A stretch of 14,866 bases of DNA from Pseudomonadota bacterium (GCA_027320085.1 DAHVLZ010000028.1:1-14866); one strand, 5' to 3'; shown: positions 1 through 7,015, counted from the first letter of the stretch. The notes: generated by a model from the letters alone, not told the origin. A program made the numbers and translations.

Positions 1-1217
1 GCGAGCAGGTGGGCGTTGTCGAGGCTGGCGGTGTCCAGCGCCGGGCACTGGCTTGCGGCAAACAGGCCGCCGAGGGCGGGCAAGGCGAGGCGCGACTCGC
101 CCTCGGCCAGGCCCTTGAACACGATGCACAGGGCTTGCCAGTGGTCGTCGAAGCGGTTGCGGGCGCGGCGCTTGAGGCAGAGGTCGCGCAGGCGGGCGAC
201 GGCATAGCCCTCGGCGTAGGCGCCGCGGGCGGCTACGGCTGATGCGCTATCGTCCGCGGGATGCAGCAGGCCGCGTTCTTCCACGTTGAACAGAAAAATC
301 AGGCGGTAGATGAGGCGCAACAGTTGCTGGAAATAGGCGTCGGCGCTGAGGGTACCGGTATCGAGCGCCTGGCGCAGTGCCTCGTTGGCGGGGTGCTGGA
401 TGAAGCCTTCGCCGAAAATCAGCAGGGCTTCGGTAACACCCTGGCGCAGACCTTCGCGGACCCGTGTGCCTTCTTCCTGCCCGGCTGCGCGCCACTGTTC
501 CCAGATGCAGGGGCCTTCCTGTCCGCCGCTTTCGGGATGGGGCGCGGGTTGCGGAGCGCGGCTGGCGTGCAGCAGGCGCCAGACGTTGGCGAACTCGGCG
601 TAGCGTGCGCCACCGAGCAGGTCCTGCAGGTCGATTTCCAGAAAACTGGGGCGGGTAAGCGTGGCGGCGTCGCGCAGCAGGCGCAGTTGGCGACCGTTGC
701 TGACCATGGCCCAGGTGTGGTCGGGGCTGGCGTTGAGAAACTCCTGCGCCAACTGGAAGGCGGTTTTCTTGCGCGCGCCGCTGCCGGTGACGGCGAAACG
801 CGGGTCGGCTTCGTCCAGCCCCAGGGTATGCGGGGCGACGACGACGGGCAAGGCACCGGCCAGAAACGTGACGGGATAGTGCTGATCGCCCACGCTGAGG
901 CCTGTGACGGGGGCGATATGGGTGTAACCGAAGGCGTCGCGCAAGAGCTCCTGCACAAAATGGCGGGTGAGCGCGTCGGCATCGACATCGTTGCGCTCGA
1001 ACTGGTCGGCAAAGTGCTTCCACTGCGCACTGGCGATCTGAAAGGCGCGGCTATAGTCGTCCTTGAGCTTGAGGCCCTTGGGCGTGCGATAGTCGGCTTC
1101 GCTCTGGAACCGGGCCGCGCCAAGGGCCGCTTTTTCCAACTGGTCGGGCAGGAATAGGCCGCCCTCCAGACGCAGGGTAGCGAAGGCAAGGTGGTGGCGG
1201 CGCGGCTTGTGTTTCAC
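1..1217 (-). CDS. Large type IIG/Eco57I-like restriction-modification protein (N6-adenine methyltransferase family, DISARM DrmMI-like); N-terminal ~405 codons, continues beyond left window edge
   Basis: Manual translation of the minus strand from GTG at 1217: MKHKPRRHHLAFATLRLEGGLFLPDQLEK...QLAQEFLNASPDHTWAMVSNGRQLRLLRDAATLTRPSFLEIDL...YFQQLLRLIYRLIFLFNVEERGLL...LALPALGGLF. No stop before the window edge. The W-x-x-x-(S/T)NG-x-x-x-RL and YRLxFLxxxExRGLL motifs are typical of the N-terminal part of these fused RM proteins. The MTase motifs themselves lie outside the window. Confidence 0.8.
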   Translation of the reverse strand, partial: MKHKPRRHHLAFATLRLEGGLFLPDQLEKAALGAARFQSEADYRTPKGLKLKDDYSRAFQIASAQWKHFADQFERNDVDADALTRHFVQELLRDAFGYTHIAPVTGLSVGDQHYPVTFLAGALPVVVAPHTLGLDEADPRFAVTGSGARKKTAFQLAQEFLNASPDHTWAMVSNGRQLRLLRDAATLTRPSFLEIDLQDLLGGARYAEFANVWRLLHASRAPQPAPHPESGGQEGPCIWEQWRAAGQEEGTRVREGLRQGVTEALLIFGEGFIQHPANEALRQALDTGTLSADAYFQQLLRLIYRLIFLFNVEERGLLHPADDSASAVAARGAYAEGYAVARLRDLCLKRRARNRFDDHWQALCIVFKGLAEGESRLALPALGGLFAASQCPALDTASLDNAHLL

Positions 1218-1627
1218 AGCGACACCACTTGCAGACCGAAGGCCTCGGCGGCGCGACATTGGCGGGCATCGGCCGAGATGAACACTTCGGCGGCGCAGGC
1301 GAGGGCGGCGCCCAGGTGGATGGCGTCCATGCCGCGCAGCGTGTGGTTTTCCAAAGCGTTGACGGCGTGCTGGATGACCTGGGGCGTGGTATCGCAGATC
1401 AGCGCATCGGCGATGTCGAGCATCAGGGCGCGCTTGATGATCTGGTATTGCGCGTCCGTCAGGCGTCCTTCCCGTTGCAGGCGACGGAAGGCGGAGATCA
1501 GTTCAGGCACCGCGATGACCGACAGCGCCAGTTCGCTGGCCCGTCCGCACCACGCCAGGACGTCCGCGGTGCCGGTCTCGTCGATGTAGCGCTTGGCAAA
1601 GGCCGATGAGTCGAAATAGACGCGCAT
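1214..1627 (-). CDS. vapC: VapC-family PIN-domain toxin (137 aa)
   Basis: MRVYFDSSAFAKRYIDE...PELISAF...LRGMDAIHLGAA...FISADARQ carries the PIN acidic residues. ATG at 1627 overlaps the antitoxin stop (TGATG), so the ORF-track start at 1708 is too long. Confidence 0.92.
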   Translation of the reverse strand: MRVYFDSSAFAKRYIDETGTADVLAWCGRASELALSVIAVPELISAFRRLQREGRLTDAQYQIIKRALMLDIADALICDTTPQVIQHAVNALENHTLRGMDAIHLGAALACAAEVFISADARQCRAAEAFGLQVVSL

Positions 1628-1848
1628 CAGTCTCCGCGCTCGTCGAGGATGAGTCGGCTGATCTCCTTGCCGCCGATGGCCAGCGGGCGCGCCGGATGCT
1701 GTTTCCACGAAGGCAGTTGCGCCGGGATGGGGTGAATTTCGGCGATGGGCTTGCCGTTGCGCAATACGCGCACGGTCTGTCCGGCCTCGACCAGATCGAA
1801 CCAGGTCTTGGCGTGGTTGCGTAAATCGGTGAAGGTGGTTTCAGGCAT
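1627..1848 (-). CDS. Phd/YefM-family antitoxin (73 aa)
   Basis: TTFTDLRNHAKTWFDLVEAGQTVRVLRNGKPIAEIHP is the Phd/YefM DNA-binding signature. Lies directly upstream of vapC, with a GGGGG RBS-like run at 1856-1860 on the minus strand. Confidence 0.92.
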   Translation of the reverse strand: MPETTFTDLRNHAKTWFDLVEAGQTVRVLRNGKPIAEIHPIPAQLPSWKQHPARPLAIGGKEISRLILDERGD

Positions 1849-1869
1849 GAATGTGCCCCCATCAGATAA

Positions 1870-1905
1870 TGTACACCAAAATGTACATCACAGTGTACAT
1901 CACAG
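1870..1905. promoter_or_regulatory. Phd/YefM-type operator: three TGTACA palindromes at 12-bp period
   Basis: TGTACA at 1870-1875, 1882-1887 and 1894-1899. TGTACATCACAG is an exact tandem duplication (1882-1893, 1894-1905). TGTACA cores 12 bp apart are the known yefM-yoeB operator architecture. Confidence 0.8.
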
Positions 1906-1935
1906 GGCATCCGGCAACAACACGTGGACGCCGAC
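1900..1935 (-). pseudogene. C-terminal remnant of a probable SNF2-type helicase (DrmD-like partner of the RM gene)
   Basis: Reads VGVHVLLPDAL-stop, resembling from memory the ...DV(I/L)GVYVLLP... C-terminus of helicases found upstream of this MTase family. Same strand as the operon, and the similarity stops where the IS fragment starts. Only 11 codons. Confidence 0.5.
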
Positions 1936-1936
1936 C

Positions 1937-2128
1937 TGTGGGAGCAAATGTCCGCATCGAGTCCATGCGGAGACAACCATGGGAGAGCGGGTGACGATGA
2001 GCGGCAAGGAGATCGAACGGCTGGAAATCCTGTGCCAAGTGGTCCAGGGGACCTTCGCCCAGGGCGAGGCGGAACACCGCCTGGGCCCTCTCGGAACCGG
2101 AAGGGGACATCTGTGAATTGCATTGACA
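1937..2128 (+). mobile_element. Internally deleted IS1202/ISNCY-like element (192 bp, TGT...ACA)
   Basis: Left end TGTGGGAGCAAATGTCC; reverse complement of right end TGTCAATGCAATTCACAGATGTCC. Both share TGT-N4-GCAA...ATGTCC. Encloses a transposase N-terminus. No flanking target duplication. Confidence 0.65.
1979..2116 (+). pseudogene. Truncated ISNCY/IS1202-family transposase (N-terminal HTH start only)
   Basis: MGERVTMSGKEIERLEILCQVVQGTFAQGEAEHRLG matches the MSxKELxRLEVIxxVxxGxLTQxEAAxxLG start of these transposases, then runs into the right IR. The GGAGA RBS overlaps the right arm of the TCCGCAT/ATGCGGA hairpin (1951-1971). Confidence 0.7.
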
Positions 2129-2198
2129 ATTCCCGCTCCGGGCTCATCCATCCATCCATTTGCGCTAACCTAGGGGGCCACTTCCGGACGAGCCCGAC

Positions 2199-2624
2199 AT
2201 GGCCTGGATCAAAGCCTTCCACATCATCTTCATGGTGACCTGGTTTGCCGGCCTGTTTTATCTCCCCCGGCTCTTCGTCTACCACAGCGATCCGGAACTC
2301 GCGGAATCCGCCCGGGCGCGCTTCACCGTGATGGAACGCCGGCTGTTCACGCTCATGACCATCGGGGGAGCCGCCACCGTGATCCTCGGTCTCTGGCTGC
2401 TCCTGGGCTGGTTCTGGCCACCCCCGCTCTGGCTCCGGATCAAGCTGGTCCTGGTCGCCGGGCTCATCGCCTATCATGCCTACCTGGGCCACCTGGTCGG
2501 TGACCTTCATCGCCAGCCGACGCGCAGACCCCCCCGTTTCTACCGCTGGCTCAACGAACTCCCCTCCCTCTTCCTGATCGTCATCGTGCTCCTGGCCGTT
2601 CTGAGACCGGATTCGTGGCGGTAG
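2199..2624 (+). CDS. hemJ: Protoporphyrinogen IX oxidase HemJ (UPF0093)
   Basis: WIKAFHIIFMVTWFAGLFYLPRLFVYH, MERRL, WLxxKL and YRWLNELP motifs; four hydrophobic helices. Confidence 0.93.
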   Translation: MAWIKAFHIIFMVTWFAGLFYLPRLFVYHSDPELAESARARFTVMERRLFTLMTIGGAATVILGLWLLLGWFWPPPLWLRIKLVLVAGLIAYHAYLGHLVGDLHRQPTRRPPRFYRWLNELPSLFLIVIVLLAVLRPDSWR

Positions 2625-3661
2625 ACACGGCCCGCGGACGGGAACGCCCTCCTCTTCTCGCGCATCCCCCCCTTTCCCTCCTCATCGCGGGGACGCTCTC
2701 GATCATGGCCGGATCCTGCCTGGCCGGGCTCATGCTGGGCGGCGTGGCCCTTCCTCCCGCGGGCATTCTCGAGGCCCTGCGCCACGAGGGACCGGCAGTC
2801 GTCCAGACCATCGTCTGGAAACTCCGGATTCCCCGCATCCTCCTGGCCTTCTCGGTCGGCGGCCTGCTCGCCCTGTCGGGCGCCCTGCTCCAGGTCCTTC
2901 TGCGCAACCCCCTGGCCGACCCGTACGTGCTCGGCGTCTCGGGGGGAGCCGCCGTCGCCGCACTCCTGAGCTTCATGATCGGCCTGCCGCTCTACTGGGT
3001 CATGGGCAACGCCTTCCTGGGAGCTGCGCTCGCGACCGCCCTGCTCCTGCTCCTGACGCGTCTTACGGGACCCATCACCCCGATCCGGCTCCTCCTCACC
3101 GGGATCATCATGGCCTCCGGGCTGAGTGCCGTGGTGACGCTGCTCCTCGCACTCTCGCCCGAACCCACGCTCCATACCCTTCTCTTCTGGCTCATGGGCA
3201 GCCTGGCCTACAGCCCCGGCACGGTGGCGGCCGGAATGGGCCTGCCCATACTCCTCATCGCGATCCTCGCACTCTGGCCGTTTGCCGGCGAACTCAACGT
3301 GCTGCTCCGGGGGATCGAGACGGCACAGAGCCTGGGGGTCCATACCGGCCGGCTCACACTGGGCCTCTATCTCTTTGCCTCCCTGTGCACCGCCCTGGCC
3401 GTGACCCAGGCCGGCATGATCGGGTTCGTGGGACTGATCGTCCCGCATCTCGTCCGGATGACCGTGGGCGCGGACCATCGCAAGCTCCTGCCGCTGGCCG
3501 GCCTGTGGGGGGGGAGCCTCCTCGTCGCAGCCGACGCCCTGGCGAGGAGCCTGCTCGCTCCCCGTGAGCTGCCGGTCGGCGTCCTCACGGCCTTTCTCGG
3601 CGTGCCGCTCTTTCTCCTGCTGCTCGCCCGCTCGAACCGGACCGGGATCCTCCGTTCATGA
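2615..3661 (+). CDS. FecCD/BtuC-family ABC importer permease (cobalamin, heme or iron-chelate)
   Basis: LRIPR, LRNPLADPYVLGVSGGA and GMIGFVGLIVPHL motifs; many TM helices. The GTG start overlapping the hemJ end is uncertain. Confidence 0.9.
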   Translation: MAVDTARGRERPPLLAHPPLSLLIAGTLSIMAGSCLAGLMLGGVALPPAGILEALRHEGPAVVQTIVWKLRIPRILLAFSVGGLLALSGALLQVLLRNPLADPYVLGVSGGAAVAALLSFMIGLPLYWVMGNAFLGAALATALLLLLTRLTGPITPIRLLLTGIIMASGLSAVVTLLLALSPEPTLHTLLFWLMGSLAYSPGTVAAGMGLPILLIAILALWPFAGELNVLLRGIETAQSLGVHTGRLTLGLYLFASLCTALAVTQAGMIGFVGLIVPHLVRMTVGADHRKLLPLAGLWGGSLLVAADALARSLLAPRELPVGVLTAFLGVPLFLLLLARSNRTGILRS

Positions 3662-4431
3662 ATCCCACGCTCGAGGTGGCGAACCTCAATCTCGCAAGCC
3701 CCCACGATGCCATCTGCGAGAACCTGTCCCTGCGTGTCCTGCCGGGCGAAGTCTGGGGCATCCTGGGCCCCAACGGGGTCGGGAAAAGCACGCTCCTCAA
3801 GACCCTGGCCGGGCTCCGTCCGGCCCCGGCCATGGCCTCGATCCAGCTGGGCGGCCAACCGCTCGGGCACTGGCCGAGACGCGTGCGGGCCCGCCGGATG
3901 GCGATCCTTCTCCAGGACAGTGAACCCGGGCTCCCGCTCACCGTCTTCGAAACCGCCCTGCTCGGCCGGCATCCCCATCTCGGGCTCTGGGGCCGGCCAC
4001 ACCACGTGGATCTCAGACGGACCCTGTCCGCGCTCCGGATTGCCGGTCTCAACGGGCAGCGTCACAGCCCCTCCCAGGCACTTTCAGCCGGGGAAAGCCG
4101 CCGGCTTTCGGTGGCCCTGGTCCTGGCCCAGGATCCCGACCTGTATCTCCTGGATGAGCCCACAACCCAGCTCGACCTCCATTACCAGAGGCGGCTCTTC
4201 GAACACTTTGTCTGGCTGGCCCGGAAGCGCGGCAAGGCCGTCGTGATGGCGCTCCACGACCCGACGGCCGCCATCCGTTTCACGACCCGGGTTCTCCTGT
4301 TGTTCGGCGGTGGCCGGAGCCTCATGGGGGACAGCGGGGCCTGCCTCACCCCGGATCACCTGACTGCCCTCTATGGCACCAACGTGGTCGCCGCCCAGTC
4401 CTCCCGCGGACTCGTGTTCGACGTCTTTTAG
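3658..4431 (+). CDS. BtuD/FecE/HmuV-type ABC importer ATPase
   Basis: Walker A GPNGVGKST, signature LSAGE, Walker B YLLDEP, H-loop ALHD. ATGA overlap with the permease. Confidence 0.9.
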   Translation: MNPTLEVANLNLASPHDAICENLSLRVLPGEVWGILGPNGVGKSTLLKTLAGLRPAPAMASIQLGGQPLGHWPRRVRARRMAILLQDSEPGLPLTVFETALLGRHPHLGLWGRPHHVDLRRTLSALRIAGLNGQRHSPSQALSAGESRRLSVALVLAQDPDLYLLDEPTTQLDLHYQRRLFEHFVWLARKRGKAVVMALHDPTAAIRFTTRVLLLFGGGRSLMGDSGACLTPDHLTALYGTNVVAAQSSRGLVFDVF

Positions 4432-4562
4432 ACGAGCCGGGATGCGGCCGGTCCCCTCGGCCAGTTCGGTGGCGGCCGGCGGGGAGTTGCGATTGGGCAC
4501 GCGCTCGATCTTTATGGGCACGTTGATGGCCAATCAATCCCAACAATGCAATGCCTATGTCC

Positions 4563-4611
4563 TGACCCGGCACGCGGCAAGCCCCGCTCTCCAGCGCGGG
4601 GAGGAGGTCAA
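4563..4611 (-). mobile_element. IS200/IS605-family end hairpin, a 49-bp non-autonomous mini-element
   Basis: Minus strand TTGAC-CTCCT-CCCCGCGCTGGAGAGCGGGG-CTTGCCGCGTGCCGGGTCA: imperfect CCCCGC/GCGGGG hairpin with flanks resembling IS605-type ends. No tnpA or tnpB nearby. Confidence 0.6.
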
Positions 4612-4722
4612 GCTACATGGGGACATCCAGGCCCACAAAAACCACCCACCTCCTTGCCGGGAAAAAGCTTCCGCCAAGGTTAGGGGGGCAAAGTCCGGGT
4701 TGAATCGGGACTTGCCTGGCGG

Positions 4723-4784
4723 TTTCGATTATTTCGACTATTTCGTTTTCCTGAATTTTGGTGTAGAGTAAATCATTTGCGAAA
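4723..4784 (+). promoter_or_regulatory. Putative operator/promoter of the HTH-PIN operon
   Basis: TTTCG at 4723, 4732 and 4741 (9-bp period) plus an inverted CGAAA at 4780, in an AT-rich patch. Candidate -10 TAGAGT at 4764-4769. Confidence 0.5.
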
Positions 4785-4803
4785 CGCAGCGGGATGGATG
4801 AAC

Positions 4804-5286
4804 ATGAGCCAGACAGCAGCTCGACAGCCATTGACCACGCTCCCCCGGGGGGATCTGGTGATTCCGAGCGCCAGCGATATCGAGCAGGCCAAGAACAGCA
4901 GCCGTCTGCTTGCGGCGATCATCGGCAAAGGGGATGCAGCGCGTCTCGTCCTGCACGGCGACCACAAGGAACGGTTGTCGATCCCCGTGCCGGCCCTGCG
5001 GATGCTCGTCGAGATCCTGTCGCAGATGGCCCAGGGAAATGCTGTCAGCATCGTTCCGTATCATGCCGAGCTCACGACGCAGGACGCCGCCGATTTTCTC
5101 AACGTGTCCCGGCCTTTCCTGGTGAAGCTCCTGGAAACCGGACAGATACCCTTTCGCAAGGTCGGAACGCACCGTCGTGTCGCCTTCAGTGACCTGCTGC
5201 TGTACCGGGAGCGCACGATGGCTGCAACCCGGCAAGCGACGGCCGGACTCACGGCGCTGTCGCAAGAGCTCCGCATGGGTTACTGA
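4804..5286 (+). CDS. Excisionase-like HTH_17 DNA-binding protein, putative antitoxin
   Basis: LSQMAQGNAVSIVPYHAELTTQDAADFLNVSRPFLVKLLETGQIPFRKVGTHRRV...LSQELRMGY. Start is ATG 4804 or 4798 rather than TTG 4777. Confidence 0.88.
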   Translation: MSQTAARQPLTTLPRGDLVIPSASDIEQAKNSSRLLAAIIGKGDAARLVLHGDHKERLSIPVPALRMLVEILSQMAQGNAVSIVPYHAELTTQDAADFLNVSRPFLVKLLETGQIPFRKVGTHRRVAFSDLLLYRERTMAATRQATAGLTALSQELRMGY

Positions 5287-5292
5287 CCGCCC

Positions 5293-5862
5293 ATGGCGAC
5301 TTTCGGGGCCGTATACGATGCCTGCGTGCTCTATCCGGCCCCGATCCGGGATCTCCTGATCCGCCTTGCCCAGACCCGATTGTTCCGGGCGCACTGGACA
5401 GATCACATCCACGAAGAATGGGTCAGGGCACTCAAACGCCAGCGACCGGATATCGACGACGAGAAAGTGAACAGGCTCCGCAGGATGATGGATTCGGCGG
5501 TTCCAGACTGTCTTGTCACAGGGTACGAGCCCCTGATCGAAAATCTGCGTCTCCCGGACGGCGATGACCGGCACGTGCTCGCAGCCGCGATCAAATGCGG
5601 TGCAGCGGTCATTGTAACGACCAACCTCAAGGACTTTCCGGCCGAAGCGCTCCGCGAATTCGATATCGACACCCAGCATCCCGACGAGTTTGTCCGCCAC
5701 CTCTGTGACCTCAGCATGGGCGCGGTGGTGAGGACCGTACGGGAGCAGCGCGAGGATCTGAAATCACCTCCCAAGACTCCCGAAGATCTGCTGGAGACGT
5801 TTCTGGCCTGTGGTCTGCCGGAAACCGTGTCAGCCCTGAGGCCGTTCCTGGCGTCTTTGTAA
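5293..5862 (+). CDS. PIN-domain protein (PIN_3 type), putative toxin
   Basis: AVYDACVLYP, IHEEW, LPDGDDRHVLAAAI and IVTTNLKDFP motifs. Canonical partner of the upstream HTH_17 gene. Confidence 0.9.
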   Translation: MATFGAVYDACVLYPAPIRDLLIRLAQTRLFRAHWTDHIHEEWVRALKRQRPDIDDEKVNRLRRMMDSAVPDCLVTGYEPLIENLRLPDGDDRHVLAAAIKCGAAVIVTTNLKDFPAEALREFDIDTQHPDEFVRHLCDLSMGAVVRTVREQREDLKSPPKTPEDLLETFLACGLPETVSALRPFLASL

Positions 5863-5878
5863 ACGCGGGAGTGACTCA

Positions 5879-5967
5879 CCTGAGCGCGAGGATATCCAGG
5901 CCTGCCTGGTGTTCGCGCGCCGGCTCGTCGGACGCGAGGGATTGAGCAGGCTATCGCGGCAGCGTGA
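5879..5967 (+). pseudogene. 3' remnant of a DUF433-family antitoxin, 5'-deleted and frameshifted
   Basis: EREDIQACLVFARRLVG followed, after a 1-nt frameshift near 5939, by IEQAIAAA-stop. This stop (5965-5967) forms a GTGA overlap with the DUF5615 start, as expected for a DUF433-DUF5615 pair. Confidence 0.75.
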
Positions 5968-6356
5968 AACTGTTGCTCGATAGCTGCATCTCACGCAGCA
6001 TTGCTCCGACGCTCGGAGCCGGAGGCCACGATGTGGTCTGCGCCGGCGACTGGCCAGACGACCCGGGAGACGAGCAGATCCTGGCCTTCGCGCCGCTGGA
6101 CGAAGGCCGCACTGTCGTCACACTCGACAAGGATTTCGGCGAGCTCGCGGTGGCATTCGGCAGACCTCACTCCGGCATCCTCCGACTGGTCAATTTCCCC
6201 CTGTCACAGCACGCCGCGGTGTGTCTCGGAGCGATCGCGAAACATGGCGTGGAACTCGCTGAGGGCGCGATCGTAACCGCCGAGCCCGGCCGACTCCGTT
6301 TGCGGCCGGCATCCTCGACCCACCCATTCGAGCAGGACGGGTCCGAAGCGCCCTAG
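5964..6356 (+). CDS. DUF5615-family PIN-like (Mut7-C/VapC45-like) protein
   Basis: MKLLLDSC...GHDV...DPGDEQIL...EGRTVVTLDKDFGELAV...HSGILRL...GRLRLR. Confidence 0.87.
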   Translation: MKLLLDSCISRSIAPTLGAGGHDVVCAGDWPDDPGDEQILAFAPLDEGRTVVTLDKDFGELAVAFGRPHSGILRLVNFPLSQHAAVCLGAIAKHGVELAEGAIVTAEPGRLRLRPASSTHPFEQDGSEAP

Positions 6357-6461
6357 CGCAGCCTCTTGCAAAATCTGCGTCGGTCGGCACCACGGCCGAT
6401 GCTGTTCTCGCCCGTGGTCGCCACGGACTCTCTTCGCGATCCCGTTTTCGACGTCTTCCGA

Positions 6462-6483
6462 CCCGGTCCAGGACCGGGATTTT
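6462..6483 (+). terminator. Hairpin between convergent DUF5615 and ppa, probable intrinsic terminator
   Basis: CCCGGTC-CAG-GACCGGG followed by ATTTT. The T-tract is short and present on the plus strand only. Confidence 0.5.
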
Positions 6484-6484
6484 C

Positions 6485-7015
6485 CTACTGGCCGCCCGGA
6501 TAGCGACCGATCCCCCCGGCCAGTTCAGTCGCAGCCGACTGGGATCCCTCCCATTTCTCGATCCGCACCCATTTGCCCGGTTCATGATCCTTGTAATGGG
6601 TGAAAAAGTGCGCGATCCGGTCGAGCTCGCAGGACGGGAAGTCGGTGGGTTCGTGGATGGCGCCATAGTTCCGGCAGACCGCATCGACCGGAACAGCCAA
6701 AAGCTTGGCATCCGGTCCATGCTCGTCGGTCATGCGCAAAAGGCCGACCGCCCGCGCACGGATGAAGGAGCCCGCGACCAGAGGATGGGGTGTGACCACG
6801 AGGGCATCCACCGGATCGCCATCTTCAGCCAGGGTCTTCGGGACGAACCCATAGTTCGCCGGGTAAACCATGGCCGTCGACAGGAAACGGTCCACCTGGA
6901 GCAACCCGGACTCCTTGTCCATCTCGTATTTGACGGGTGGCGCCCATGCGGGAATCTCAATCACCACGTGAAAATCGTGCGGTGGTTTGCCGGGACCGAG
7001 CGCTTCAAGGGACAT
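6485..7015 (-). CDS. ppa: Family I inorganic pyrophosphatase
   Basis: VIEIP, VKYEMDK, VDRFL, YPANYG, EDGDPVDALV, MTDEHGPDAKLLAVP and HFFTHYKD motifs; GGAG RBS. Confidence 0.97.
   Translation of the reverse strand: MSLEALGPGKPPHDFHVVIEIPAWAPPVKYEMDKESGLLQVDRFLSTAMVYPANYGFVPKTLAEDGDPVDALVVTPHPLVAGSFIRARAVGLLRMTDEHGPDAKLLAVPVDAVCRNYGAIHEPTDFPSCELDRIAHFFTHYKDHEPGKWVRIEKWEGSQSAATELAGGIGRYPGGQ

Noticed and set aside
247-1189. Long ORF-track entries 261..1157 (+), 247..1023 (-) and 419..1189 (-)
   Set aside because: Antisense or off-frame shadows of the real minus-strand RM gene (1..1217); no recognisable motifs.
1503-3478. Minus-strand ORFs 1503..2510 (335 aa) and 2540..3478 (312 aa)
   Set aside because: GC-rich antisense shadows of hemJ and the permease, crossing several real features.
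4687-4716. Imperfect inverted repeat GGCAAAGTCC / GGACTTGCC
   Set aside because: No U-tract and no second copy; cannot assign it as terminator, IS end or operator.
4738-5700. 320-aa minus-strand ORF
   Set aside because: Antisense to the well-supported HTH_17 and PIN genes.
6372-6392. AATCTGCGTCGGTCGGCACCA as a tRNA 3'-end/att remnant
   Set aside because: Lacks a TTCGA T-loop, spacing does not fit a tRNA, and there is no matching att copy or integrase in the window.
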